From Utricularia gibba (taxonomy: Eukaryota; Plantae; Magnoliophyta), in the NCBI GenBank assembly GCA_002189035.1, contig NEEC01000072.1, forward strand, positions 30,556 through 94,555: DNA of 64,000 nucleotides, read 5' to 3'. The number at the start of each line of letters is the position of its first letter. Positions within the stretch are counted from its first letter, which is position 1. Shown here piece after piece: positions 15,001 to 29,800 of the stretch. Below the pieces are notes generated by a model. It saw only the letters and a list, made by a program, of their open reading frames with translations. It was not told the DNA's origin and ran no database searches. A program made the translations under genes and the position numbers.

Positions 15001-18000
15001 GCAAGCTATTGCTTGAAAAACCATTTAGGCAGCCGCCGAAAACCCATCGTTGATAAATGCATCACTTATTTTCCGGGCTACAACTGACTATGGCCTGAGC
15101 CCGACCCGACCTCTGGCCCAATCCCGAAACCCTCCGAGAGCGCCTTCTCAAATATATAGCAGAGTGTTGAGAAAACCATTGGGGTTCTCATGACATCCTA
15201 ACTAAAGCAAATGCATTACGATTTCGTCGAGTACGACCCGATTGGGCTTAGTAGCCAGACCGAATCTCGGGCCCTGACAAAGCTCCAACTACAGCACCCA
15301 CCTTAAAACGGCAAGCTGTTGCTTGAAAAACCATTTAGGCAGCCGCCGAAAACCCATCGTTGATAAATGCATCACTTATTTTCCGGGCTACAACTGACTA
15401 TTGGCCTGAGCCCGACCCGACCTCTGGCCCAATCCCGAAACCCTCCGAGGGCGCCTTCTCAAATATATAGCAGAGTGTTGAGAAAACCATTGGGGTTCTC
15501 ATGACATCCTAACTACATCAAATGCGTTACGATTTTCGTCGAGTGCGACCCGATTGGGCTTAGTAGCCAGACCGAATCTCGGGCCGGACAAAGCTCCCAA
15601 CGACAGCACCCGCCTTTAAATGGCAAGCTGTTGCTTGAAAAACCATGTGGGCAGCCGCCGACAACCCAACGTTAATAAATGCATCACTTCTTTTGCCGGG
15701 CTACAGCTGACTATGGGCTCAAGCCCGACCCGAATCCGGCCCGATCTCGGTGACCCACAAAAGCGCCTTGTCAAGTGTAAAGCATGCTGTTGAAAAAACC
15801 ATTTGGGGTGGTCATGAGATCCTAACTTCAATAAAGGTATCACGATTTTCGTCGAATGGGAACAGATTGTGCTGTGAAGTCAGACCAAACCTTGGGTCCT
15901 CACAAAGTTCCCAACAACAGCACCCGCCAAAAAACGACAACTTTTCCTTCAAAAAGCATGTAGGCAGCCACCGAAAACCCAACGTTAATAAATGCATCAC
16001 TTCTTTGGCCGGGCTACAAATGACTATGGGCCAGAGCGCGACTCGACCATTTGCTCGATACTGGAGCCCGCCTAGAGCGCCTCCTCAAATATAAATCAGG
16101 TTGTTGAGAAAACCATTTGGGGTTCTCATGACATCCTAACTAAAGCGAATGCATACGATTTCGTCGAGTACGACCCGATTGGGCTTAGTAGCCAGACCGA
16201 ATCTCGGGCCCTGACAAAGCTCCCAACTACAGCACCCACCTTAAAACGGCAAGCTGTTGCTTGAAAAACCATTTAGGCAGCCGCGAAACCCAACGTTGAT
16301 AAATGCATCACTTATTTTCCGGGCCACAACTGACTATGGGCCTGAGCCCGACCCGACCTCTGGCCCAATCCTGAAACCCCCCAAGAGCGCCTTCTGAAAT
16401 ATAAAGTAGAGTGTTGAGAAAACCCATTGGGGTTCTCATGACATCCTAACTACAGCAAATGCGTTACGATTTTCGTCGAGTGCGACCCGATTGGGCTTAG
16501 TAGCCAGACCGAATCTCGGGCCGGACAAAGCTCCCAACGACAGCACCCGCCTTTAAATGGCAAGCTGTTGCTTGAAAAACCATGTGGGCAGCCGCCGACA
16601 ACCCAACGTTAATAAATGCATCACTTTTTTGGCCAGGCTACAAATGACTATGGGCCAGAGCGCGACTCGACCATTTGCTCGATACTGGTGCCCGCCTAGA
16701 GCGCCTCCTCAAAATAAATCAGGTGTTGAGAAACCATTTGGGGTGCTCATGACATCCTAACTTCAGCAAATGCATCACGATTTTCATCGAGTAGCACCCG
16801 ATTGGGCTCAGGAGCCAGACCGAACCTTGGGCCCTAACAAAGCCCAACGACAGCACTCGCCTTAAAACGGCAAGCTATTGCTTGAAAAACCATTTAGGCA
16901 GCCGCCGAAAACCCATCGTTGATAAATGCATCACTTATTTTCCGGGCTACAACTGACTATGGCCTGAGCCCGACCCGACCTCTGGCCCAATCCCGAAACC
17001 CTCGAGAGCGCCTTCTCAAATATATAGCAGAGTGTTGAGAAAACCCATTGGGGTTCTCATGACATCCTAACTAAAGCAAATGCATTACGATTTCGTCGAG
17101 TACGACCCGATTGGGTTAGTAGCCAGACCGAATCTCGGGCCCTGACAAAGCTCCCAACTACAGCACCCACCTTAAAACGGCAAGCTGTTGCTTGAAAAAC
17201 CATTTAGGCAGCCGCCGAAAACCCATCGTTGATAAATGCATCACTTATTTTCCGGGCTACAACTGACTATTGGCCTGAGCCCGACCCGACCTCTGGCCCA
17301 ATCCCGAAAACCCTCCGAGGGCGCCTTCTCAAATATATAGCAGAGTGTTGAGAAAACCCATTGGGGTTCTCATGACATCCTAACTACATCAAATGCGTTA
17401 CGATTTTCGTCGAGTGCGACCCGATTGGGCTTAGTAGCCAGACCGAATCTCGGGCCGGACAAAGCTCCCAACGACAGCACCCGCCTTTAAATGGCAAGCT
17501 GTTGCTTGAAAAACCATGTGGGCAGCCGCCGACAACCCAACGTTAATAAATGCATCACTTCTTTTGCCGGGCTACAGCTGACTATGGGCTCAAGCCCGAC
17601 CCGAATCCCCCGATCTCGGTGACCCACAAAAGCGCCTTGTCAAGTGTAAAGCATGCTGTTGAAAAAACCATTTGGGGTGGTCATGAGATCCTAACTTCAA
17701 TAAAGGTATCACGATTTTCGTCGAATGGGAACAGATTGTGCTGTGAAGTCAGACCAAACCTTGGGTCCTCACAAGTTCCCAACAACAGCACCCGCCAAAA
17801 ACGACAACTTTTCCTTCAAAAAGCATGTAGGCAGCCACCGAAAACCCAACGTTAATAAATGCATCACTTCTTTGGCCGGGCTACAAATGACTATGGGCCA
17901 GAGCGCGACTCGACCATTTGCTCGATACTGGAGCCCGCCTAGAGCGCCTCCTCAAATATAAATCAGGTTGTTGAGAAAACCATTTGGGGTTCTCATGACA

Positions 18001-21000
18001 TCCTAACTAAAGCGAATGCATACGATTTCGTCGAGTACGACCCGATTGGGCTTAGTAGCCAGACCGAATCTCGGGCCCTGACAAAGCTCCCAACTACAGC
18101 ACCACCTTAAAACGGCAAGCTGTTGCTTGAAAAACCATTTAGGCAGCCGCTGAAACCCAACGTTGATAAATGCATCACTTATTTTCCGGGCCACAACTGA
18201 CTATGGGCCTGAGCCCGACCCGACCTCTGGCCCAATCCTGAAACCCCCCAAGAGCGCCTTCTCAAATATATAGCAGAGTGTTGAGAAAACCATTGGGGTT
18301 CTCATGACATCCTAACTACAACAAATGCATTACGATTTTCGTCGAGTGCGACCCGATTGGGCTTAGTAGCCAGACCGAATCTCGGGCCGGACAAAGCTCC
18401 CACGACAGCACCCGCCTTAAATGGCAAGCTGTTGCTTGAAAACCATGTGGGCAGCCGCCGCAACGTTAATAAATGCATCACTTCTTTTGCCGGGCTACAG
18501 CTGACTTTGGGCTCAAGACCGACCCGAATCCGGCCCGATCTCGGTGAAAAGCGCCCCTGTTGAAAAACCATTTGGGGTGGTCATGAGATCCTAACTTCAA
18601 TAAAGGTATCACGATTTTCGTCATTGTGCTGTGAAGTCAGACCACCTTGGGTCCTCACAAAGTTCCCAACAACAGCACCCGCCAAAAAACGCAAAAGCAT
18701 GTAGGCAGCCACCGAAACCCAACGTTAATAAATGCATCACTTTTTGGCCGGGCTACAAATGACTATGGGCCAGAGCGCGACTCGACCATTTGCTCGATAC
18801 TGGTGCCCGCCTAGAGCGCCTCCTCAAATATAAATCAGGTTGTTGAGAAACCATTTGGGGCTCATGACATCCTAACTTCAGCAAATGCATCACGATTTTC
18901 ATCGAGTAGCACCCGATTGGGCTCAGAGCCAGACCGAACCTTGGGCCCTAACAAAGCTGCCAACGACAGCACTCGCCTTAAAACGGCAAGCTATTGCTTG
19001 AAAAACCATTTAGGCAGCCGCCGAAAACCCATCGTTGATAAATGCATCACTTATTTTCCGGGCTACAACTGACTATGGCCTGAGCCGACCCGACCTCTGG
19101 CCCAATCCCGAAACCCCCGAAGCGCCTTCTCAAATATATAGCAGAGTGTTGAGAAAACCATTGGGGTTCTCATGACATCCTAACTAAAGCAAATGCATTA
19201 CGATTTCGTCGAGTACGACCCGATTGGCTTAGTAGCCAGACCGAATCTCGGGCCCTGACAAAGCTCCCAACACAGGCAAGCTGTTGCTTGAAAAACCATT
19301 TAGGCAGCCGCAACCCAACGTTGATAAATGCATCACTTATTTTCCGGGCTACAACTGACTATGGGCCTGAGCCCGACCCGACAATCCTCCTAGAGCGCCT
19401 TCTCAAATATATCGTTGAGAAAACCAATTGGGGTTCTCATGACATCCTAACTATGCATACGATTTCGTCGAGTACGACCCGATTGGGCTTAGTAGCCAGA
19501 CCGAATCTCGGGCCCTGACAAAGCTCCCAACTACAGCACCCACCTTAAAACGGCAAGCTGTTGCTTGAAAAACCATTTAGGCAGCCGCCGAAAACCCAAC
19601 GTTGATAAATGCATCACTTATTTTCCGGGCCACAACTGACTATGGCCTGAGCCCGACCCGACCTCTGGCCCAATCCGAAACCCCCCAAGAGCGCCTTCTC
19701 AAATATATAGCAGAGTGTTGAGAAAACCATTGGGGTTCTCATGACATCCTAACTACAACAAATGCGTTACGATTTTCGTCGAGTGCGACCCGATTGGGCT
19801 TAGTAGCCAGACCGAATCTCGGCCGGACAAAGCTCCCGACAGCACCCGCCTTAAATGGCAAGCTGTTGCTTGAAAAACCATGTGGGCAGCCGCCGACAAC
19901 CCAACGTTAATAAATGCATCACTTCTTTTGCCGGGCTACAGCTGACTTTGGGCTCAAACCGACCCGAATCCGGCCCGATCTCGGTGACCCACAAAAGCGC
20001 CTTGTCAAGTGTAAAGCATGCTGTTGAAAAAACCATTTGGGGTGGTCATGAGATCCTAACTTCATAAAGGTATCACGATTTTCGTCGAATGGGAGATTGT
20101 GCTGTGAAGTCAGACCAAACCTTGGGTCCTCACAAAGTTCCCAACAACAGCACCCGCCAAAAAACGACAACTTTTCCTTCAAAAAGCATGTAGGCAGCCA
20201 CCGAAAACCAACGTTAATAAATGCATCACTTCTTTGGCCGGGCTACAAATGACTATGGGCCAGAGCGCGACTCGACCATTTGCTCGATACTGGTGCCCGC
20301 CTAGAGCGCCTCCTCAAATATAAATCAGGTTGTTGAGAAAACCATTTGGGGTGCTCATGACATCCTAACTTCAGCAAATGCATCACGATTTTCATCGAGT
20401 AGCACCCGATTGGGCTCAGGAGCCAGACCGAACCTTGGGCCCTACAAAGCTGCCAACGACAGCACTCGCCTTAAAACGGCAAGCTATTGCTTGAAAAACC
20501 ATTTAGGCAGCCGCCGAAAACCCACGTTGATAAATGCATCACTTATTTTCCGGGCTACAACTGACTATTGGCCTGAGCCCGACCCGACCTCTGGCCCAAT
20601 CCGAAACCCCCAAGAGCGCCTTCTCAAAATATAAGCAGAGTGTTGAGAAAACCATTGGGTTCTCATGACATCCTAACTAAAGCAAATGCATTACGATTTC
20701 GTCGAGTACGACCCGATTGGGCTTAGTAGCCAGACCGAATCTCGGGCCCTGACAAAGCTCCCAACTACAGCACCCACCTTAAAACGGCAAGCTGTTGCTT
20801 GAAAAACCATTTAGGCAGCCGCCGAAAACCCATCGTTGATAAATGCATCACTTATTTTCCGGGCTACAACTGACTATTGGCCTGAGCCCGACCCGACCTC
20901 TGGCCCAATCCCGAAACCCTCCGAGCGCCTTCTCAAATATATAGCAGAGTGTTGAGAAAACCCATTGGGGTTCTCATGACATCCTAACTACATCAAATGC

Positions 21001-24000
21001 GTTACGATTTTCGTCGAGTGCGACCCGATTGGGCTTAGTAGCCAGACCGAATCTCGGGCCGGACAAAGCTCCAACGACAGCACCCGCCTTTAAATGGCAA
21101 GTTGTTGCTTGAAAAACCATGTGGGCAGCCGCCGACAACCCAACGTTAATAAATGCATCACTTCTTTTGCCGGGCTACAGCTGACTATGGGCTCAAGCCC
21201 GACCCGAATCCGGCCCGATCTCGGTGACCCACAAAAGCGCCTTGTCAAGTGTAAAGCATGCTGTTGAAAAAACCATTTGGGGTGGTCATGAGATCCTAAC
21301 TTCAATAAAGGTATCACGATTTTCGTCGAATGGGAACAGATTGTGCTGTGAAGTCAGACCAAACCTTGGGTCCTCACAAGTTCCCAACAACAGCACCCGC
21401 CAAAAAACGACAACTTTTCCTTCAAAAAGCATGTAGGCAGCCACCGAAAACCCAACGTTAATAAATGCATCACTTCTTTGGCCGGGCTACAAATGACTAT
21501 GGGCCAGAGCGCGACTCGACCATTTGCTCGATACTGGAGCCCGCCTAGAGCGCCTCCTCAAATATAAATCAGGTTGTTGAGAAAACCATTTGGGGTTCTC
21601 ATGACATCCTAACTAAAGCGAATGCATACGATTTCGTCGAGTACGACCCGATTGGGCTTAGTAGCCAGACCGAATCTCGGGCCCTGACAAAGCTCCCAAC
21701 TACAGCACCCACCTTAAAACGGCAAGCTGTTGCTTGAAAAACCATTTAGGCAGCCGCTGAATACCCAACGTTGATAAATGCATCACTTATTTTCCGGGCC
21801 ACAACTGACTATGGGCCTGAGCCCGACCCGACCTCTGGCCCAATCCTGAAACCCCCAAGAGCGCCTTCTCAAATATATAGCAGAGTGTTGAGAAAACCAA
21901 TTGGGGTTCTCATGACATCCTAACTACAACAAATGCATTACGATTTTCGTCGAGTGCGACCCGATTGGGCTTAGTAGCCAGACCGAATCTCGGGCCCGGA
22001 CAAAGCTCCCAGCGACAGCACCCGCCATTAAATGGCAAGCTGTTGCTTGAAAAACCATGTGGGCAGCCGCCGACAACCCAACGTTAATAAATGCATCACT
22101 TCTTTTGCCGGGCTACAGCTGACTTTGGGCTCAAGACCGACCCGAATCCGGCCCGATCTCGGTGACCACAAAAGCGCCTTGTCAAGTGTAAAGCATGCTG
22201 TTGAAAAAACCATTTGGGGTGGTCATGAGATCCTAACTTCAATAAAGGTATCACGATTTTCGTCGAATGGGAACAGATTGTGCTGTGAAGTCAGACAAAC
22301 CTTGGGTCCTCACAAAGTTCCCAACAACAGCACCCGCCAAAAAACGACAACTTTTCCTTCAAAAAGCATGTAGGCAGCCACCGAAAACCCAACGTTAATA
22401 AATGCATCACTTCTTTGGCCGGGCTACAAATGACTATGGGCCAGAGCGACTCGACCATTTGCTCGATACTGGTGCCCGCCTAGAGCGCCTCCTCAAATAT
22501 AAATCAGGTTGTTGAGAAAACCATTTGGGGTGCTCATGACATCCTAACTTCAGCAAATGCATCACGATTTTCATCGAGTAGCACCCGATTGGGCTCAGAA
22601 GCCAGACCGAACCTTGGGCCCTAACAAAGCTGCCAACGACAGCACTCGCCTTAAAACGGCAAGCTATTGCTTGAAAAACCATTTGGGCAGCCGCCGAAAA
22701 CCCATCGTTGATAAATGCATCACTTATTTTCCGGGCTACAACTGACTATGGGCCTGAGCCCGACCCGACCTCTGGCCCAATCCCGAAACCCCGAAGAGCG
22801 CCTTCTCAAATATATAGCAGAGTGTTGAGAAAACCCATTGGGGTTCTCATGACATCCTAACTAAAGCAAATGCATTACGATTTCGTCGAGTACGACCCGA
22901 TTGGGCTTAGTAGCCAGACCGAATCTCGGGCCCTGACAAAGCTCCCAACTACAGCACCCACCTTAAAACGGCAAGCTGTTGCTTGAAAACCATTTAGGCA
23001 GCCGCCGAAAACCCATCGTTGATAAATGCATCACTTATTTTCCGGGCTACAACTGACTATTGGCCTGAGCCCGACCCGACCTCTGGCCCAATCCCGAAAC
23101 CCTCCGAGGCGCCTTCTCAAATATATAGCAGAGTGTTGAGAAAACCCATTGGGGTTCTCATGACATCCTAACTACATCAAATGCGTTACGATTTTCGTCG
23201 AGTGCGACCCGATTGGGCTTAGTAGCCAGACCGAATCTCGGGCCGGACAAAGCTCCCAACGACAGCACCCGCCTTTAAATGGCAAGCTGTTGCTTGAAAA
23301 ACCATGTGGGCAGCCGCCGACAACCCAACGTTAATAAATGCATCACTTCTTTTGCCGGGCTACAGCTGACTATGGGCTCAAGCCCGACCGAATCCGGCCG
23401 ATCGGTGACCCACAAAAGCGCCTTGTCAAGTGTAAAGCATGCTGTTGAAAAAACCATTTGGGGTGGTCATGAGATCCTAACTTCAATAAAGGTGTCACGA
23501 TTTTCGTCGAATGGGATCGGATTGTGCTGTGAAGTCAGACCGAACCTTGGGTCACGAAGTTCCCAACAACAGCACCGCCAAAAAACGACAACTTTTCCTT
23601 CAAAAAGCATGTAGGCAGCCACCGAAAACCCAACGTTAATAAATGCATCACTTCTTTGGCCGGGCTACAAATGACTATGGGCCAGAGCGCGACTCGACCA
23701 TTTGCTCGATACTGGAGCCCGCCTAGAGCGCCTCCTCAAATATAAATCAGGTTGTTGAGAAAACCATTTGGGGTTCTCATGACATCCTAACTAAAGCAAT
23801 GCATACGATTTCGTCGAGTACGACCCGATTGGGCTTAGTAGCCAGACCGAATCTCGGGCCCTGACAAAGCTCCCAACTACAGCACCCACTTAAAACGGCA
23901 AGCTGTTGCTTGAAAACCATTTAGGCAGCCGCCGAAACCCAACGTTGATAAATGCATCACTTATTTTCCGGGCACAACTGACTATGGCCTGAGCCCGACC

Positions 24001-26869
24001 CGACCTCTGGCCCAATCCTGAAACCCCCAAGAGCGCCTTCTCAAATATATAGCAGAGTGTTGAGAAAACCAATTGGGGTTCTCATGACATCCTAACTACA
24101 ACAAATGCGTTACGATTTTCGTCGAGTGCGACCCGATTGGGCTTAGTAGCCAGACCGAATCTCGGGCCGGACAAAGCTCCCAACGACAGCACCCGCCTTA
24201 AATGGCAAGCTGTTGCTTGAAAAACCATGTGGGCAGCCGCCGACAACCCAACGTTAATAAATGCATCACTTCTTTTGCCGGGCTACAGCTGACTTTGGGC
24301 TCAAGACCGACCCGAATCCGGCCCGATCTCGGTGACCCACAAAAGCGCCTTGTCAAGTGTAAAGCATGCTGTTGAAAAAACCATTTGGGGTGGTCATGAG
24401 ATCCTAACTTCAATAAAGGTATCACGATTTTCGTCGAATGGGAAAGATTGTGCTGTGAAGTCAGACCAAACCTTGGGTCCTCACAAAGTTCCCAACAACA
24501 GCACCCGCCAAAAAACGACAACTTTTCTTCAAAAAGCATGTAGGCAGCCACCGAAAACCCAACGTTAATAAATGCATCACTTCTTTGGCCGGGCTACAAA
24601 TGACTATGGGCCAGAGCGCGACTCGACCATTTGCTCGATACTGGTGCCCGCCTAGAGCGCCTCCTCAAATATAAATCAGGTTGTTGAGAAAACCATTTGG
24701 GGTGCTCATGACATCCTAACTTCAGCAAATGCATCACGATTTTCATCGAGTAGCACCCGATTGGGCTCAGAAGCCAGACCGAACCTTGGGCCCTAACAAA
24801 GCTGCCAACGACAGCACTCGCCTTAAAACGGCAAGCTATTGCTTGAAAAACCATTTGGGCAGCCGCCGAAAACCCATCGTTGATAAATGCATCACTTATT
24901 TTCCGGGCTACAACTGACTATGGGCCTGAGCCGACCCGACCTCTGGCCCAATCCCGAAACCCCGAAGAGCGCCTTCTCAAATATATAGCAGAGTGTTGAG
25001 AAAACCCATTGGGGTTCTCATGACATCCTAACTAAAGCAAATGCATTACGATTTCGTCGAGTACGACGCGATTGGGCTTAGTAGCCAGACCGAATCTCGG
25101 GCCCTGACAAAGCTCCCAACTACAGCACCCACCTTAAAACGGCAAGCTGTTGCTTGAAAAACCATTTAGGCAGCCGCCGAAAACCCATCGTTGATAAATG
25201 CATCACTTATTTTCCGGGCTACAACTGACTATTGGCCTGAGCCCGACCCGACCTCTGGCCCAATCCCGAAACCCCCAAGAGCGCCTTCTGAAATATAAAG
25301 TAGAGTGTTGAGAAAACCCATTGGGGATCTCATGACATCCTAACTAAAGCAAATGCATTACGATTTCGTCGAGTGACCCGATTGGGCTTAGTAGCCAGAC
25401 CGAATCTCGGGCCTGACAAAGCTCCCAACTACAGCACCCACCTGAAAACGGCAAGCTGTTGCTTGAAAAACCATTTGGCAGCCGCCGACAACCCAACGTT
25501 GATAAATGCATCACTTCTTTTGCCGGGCTACAGCTGACTATGGGCTCAAGCCCGAACCGAATCCGGCCCGATCTCGGTGACCCACAAAAGCGCCTTGTCA
25601 AGTGTAAAGCATGCTGTTGAAAAAACCATTTGGGGTGGTCATGAGATCCTAACTTCAATAAAGGTGTCACGATTTTCGTCGAATGGGATCGGATTGTGCT
25701 GTGAAGTCAGACCGAACCTTGGGTCCGGACGAAGTTCCCAACAACAGCACCCGCCAAAAAACGACAACTTTTCCTTCAAAAAGCATGTAGGCAGCCACCG
25801 AAAACCCAACGTTAATAAATGCATCACTTTTTTGGCCGGGCTACAAATGACTATGGGCCAGAGCGCGACCCGACCATTTGCTCGATACTGGTGCCGCCTA
25901 GAGCGCCTCCTCAAATATAAATCAGGTTGTTAAGAAAACCATTTGGGGTGCTCATGACATCCTAACTTCAGCAAATGCATCACGATTTTCATCGAGTAGC
26001 ACCCGATTGGGCTCAGGAGCCAGACCGAACTTGGGCCCTAACAAAGCTGCCAACGACAGCACTCGCGTTAAAACGGCAAGCTATTGCTTGAAAAACCATT
26101 TAGGCAGCCGCCGAAAACCCATCGTTGATAAATGCATCACTTATTTTCCGGGCTACAACTGACTATTGGCCTGAGCCCGACCCGACCTCTGGCCCAATCC
26201 CGAAACCCCCAAGAGCGCCTTCTGAAATATAAAGTAGAGTGTTGAGAAAACCCATTGGGGTTCTCATGACATCCTAACTACATCAAATGCGTTACGATTT
26301 TCGTCGAGTGCGACCCGATTGGGCTTAGTAGCCAGACCGAATCTCGGGCCGGACAAAGCTCCCAACGACAGCACCCGCCTTTAAATGGCAAGCTGTTGCT
26401 TGAAAAACCATGTGGGCAGCCGCCGACAACCCAACGTTAATAAATGCATCACTTCTTTTGCCGGGCTACAGCTGACTATGGGCTCAAGCCCGACCCGAAT
26501 CCGGCCCGATCTCGGTGACCCACAAAAGCGCCTTGTCAAGTGTAAAGCATGCTGTTGAAAAAACCATTTGGGGTGGTCATGAGATCCTAACCTCAATAAA
26601 GGTGTCACGATTTTCGTCGAATGGGATCGGATTGTGCTGTGAAGTCAGACCGAACCTTGGGTCCGGACGAAGTTCCCAACAACAGCACCCGCAAAAAACG
26701 ACAACTTTTCCTCGAAAAAACCATGTGGGCAGCCGCCGACAACCCAACGTTAATAAATGCATCACTTTTTTGGCCGGGCTAAATGACTATGGGCAAGAGC
26801 GCGACTCGACCATTTGCTCGATACTGGTGCCGCCTAGAGCGCCTCCTCAAATATAAATCAGGTTGTTGA

Positions 26870-29800
26870 GAAAACCATTTGGGGTTCTCATGACATCCTA
26901 CTAAAGCAAATGCATTACGATTTCGTCGAGTACGACCCGATTGGGCTTAGTAGCCAGACCGAATCTCGGGCCTGACAAAGCTCCCAACTACAGCACCCAC
27001 CTTAAAACGGCAAGCTATTGCTTGAAAAACCATTTCGGCAGCCGCCGAAAACGCATCGTTGATAAATGCATCACTTATTTTCCGGGCTACAACTGACTAT
27101 GGGCCTGAGCCCGACCCGACCTCTGGCCCAATCCCGAAACCCTCCGAGAGCGCCTTCTCAAATATATAGCAGAGTGTTGAGAAAACCAATTGGGGTTCTC
27201 ATGACATCCTAACTACAACAAATGCATTACGATTTCGTCGAGTGCGACCCGATTGGGTTTAGTAGCCAGACCGAATCTCGGGCCCGGACAAAGCTCCCAG
27301 CGACAGCACCCGCCATTAAATGGCAAGCTGTTGCTTGAAAACCATGTGGGCAGCCGCGACAACCCAACGTTAATAAATGCATCACTTCTTTTGCCGGGCT
27401 ACAGCTGACTTTGGGCTCAAGACTGACCCGAATCCGGCCCGATCTCGGTGACCCACAAAAGCGCCCTCTCAAGTGTAAAGCATGCTGTTGAAAAAACCAT
27501 TTGGGGTGGTCATGAGATCCTAACTTCAATAAAGGCATCACGATTTACGTCGAATGGGACCCGATTGTGCTGTGAAGTCAAACCGAATCTTGGGTTCGGA
27601 CGAAGTTACCAACAACAGCACCCGCCAATAAACGACAACATTTCCTTCAAAAAGCATGTAGGCAGCCACCGAAAACCCAACGTTAATAAATGCATCACTT
27701 CTTTGGCCGGGCTACAAATGACTATGGGCCAGAGCGCGACTCGACCATTTGGGGTTCACATGACATCCTAACTTCAGCAAATGCATCACGATTTTCATCG
27801 AGTAGCACCCGAATGGGCTCTGGAGCCAGACTGAACCTTGGGCCCTAACAAAGCTGCCAACTACAGCACTCGCCTTAAAACGGCAAGCTGTTGCTTGAAA
27901 AACCATTTAGGCAGCCGCCGAAAACCCATCGTTGATAAATGCATCACTTATTTTCCGGGCTACAACTGACTATTGGCCTGAGCCCGACCCGACCTCTGGC
28001 CCAATCCCGAAACCCCCAAGAGCGCCTTCTGAAATATAAAGTAGAGTGTTGAGAAAACCCATTGGGGTTCTCATGACATCCTAACTACATCAAATGCGTT
28101 ACGATTTTCGTCGAGTGCGACCCGATTGGGCTTAGTAGCCAGACCGAATCTCGGGCCGGACAAAGCTCCCAACGACAGCACCCGCCTTTAAATGGCAAGC
28201 TGTTGCTTGAAAAACCATGTGGGCAGCCGCCGACAACCCAACGTTAATAAATGCATCACTTCTTTTGCCGGGCTACAGCTGACTATGGGCTCAAGCCCGA
28301 CCCGAATCCGGCCCGATCTCGGTGACCCACAAAAGCGCCTTGTCAAGTGTAAAGCATGCTGTTGAAAAAACCATTTGGGGTGGTCATGAGATCCTAACCT
28401 CAATAAAGGTGTCACGATTTTCGTCGAATGGGATCGGATTGTGCTGTGAAGTCAGACCGAACCTTGGGTCCGGACGAAGTTCCCAACAACAGCACCCGCA
28501 AAAAAACGACAACTTTTCCTCGAAAAAAGCATGTAGGCAGCCACCGAAAACCCAACGTTAATAAATGCATCACTTTTTTGGCCGGGCTACAAATGACTAT
28601 GGGCCAGAGCGCGACTCGACCATTTGCTCGATACTAGTGCCAGCCTAGAGCGCCTCCTCAAATATAAATCAGGTTGTTGAGAAACCATTTGGGGTGCTCA
28701 TGACATCCTAACTTCAAAAATGCATCACGATTTTCATCGAGTAGCACCCGATTGGGCTCAGGAGCCAGACCGAACCTTGGGCCCTTACAAAGCTGCCAAC
28801 GACAGCACCCGCCTTAAAATGGCAAGCTATTGCTTGAAAAACCATTCAGGCAGCCGCCGAAAACCCAACGTTGATAAATGCATCACTTATTTTCCGGGCT
28901 ACAACTGACTATGGGCCATAGCCCGACCCGACCTCTGGCCCAATCCCGAAACCCCCAAGAGCGCCTTCTGAAATATAAAGTAGAGTGTTGAGAAAACCCA
29001 TTGGGGTCTCATGACATCCTAACTAAAGCAAATGCATTACGATTTCGTCGAGTACGACCCGATTGGGCTTAGTAGCCAGACCGAATCTCGGGCCCTGACA
29101 AAGCTCCCAACTACAGCACCCACCTTAAAACGGCAAGCTGTTGCTTGAAAAACCATTTAGGCAGCCGCCGAAAACCCAACGTTGATAAATGCATCACTTA
29201 TTTTCCGGGCTACAACTGACTATGGGCTCAAGCCCGACCCGAATCCGGCCCGATCTCGGTGACCCACAAAAGCGCCTTGTCAAGTGTAAAGCATGCTGTT
29301 GAAAAAACCATTTGGGGTGGTCATGAGATCCTAACCTCAATAAAGGTGTCACGATTTTCGTCGAATGGGATCGGATTGTGCTGTGAAGTCAGACCGAACC
29401 TTGGGTCCGGACGAAGTTCCCAACAACAGCACCCGCAAAAAAACGACAACTTTTCCTCGAAAAAACCATGTGGGCAGCCGCCGAAACCCAACGTTAATAA
29501 ATGCATCACTTTTTTGGCCGGGCTAGAAATGACTATGGGCAAGAGCGCGACTCGACCATTTGCTCGATACTGGTGCCCGCCTAGAGCGCCTCCTCAAATA
29601 TAAATCAGGTTGTTGAGAAAACCATTTGGGGTTCTCATGACATCCTACCTAAAGCAAATGCATTACGATTTCGTCGAGTACGACCCGATTGGGCTTAGTA
29701 GCCAGACCGAATCTCGGGCTCTGACAAAGCTCCCAACTACAGCACCCCTTAAAACGGCAAGCTATTGCTTGAAAAACCATTTCGGCAGCCGCCGAAAACG

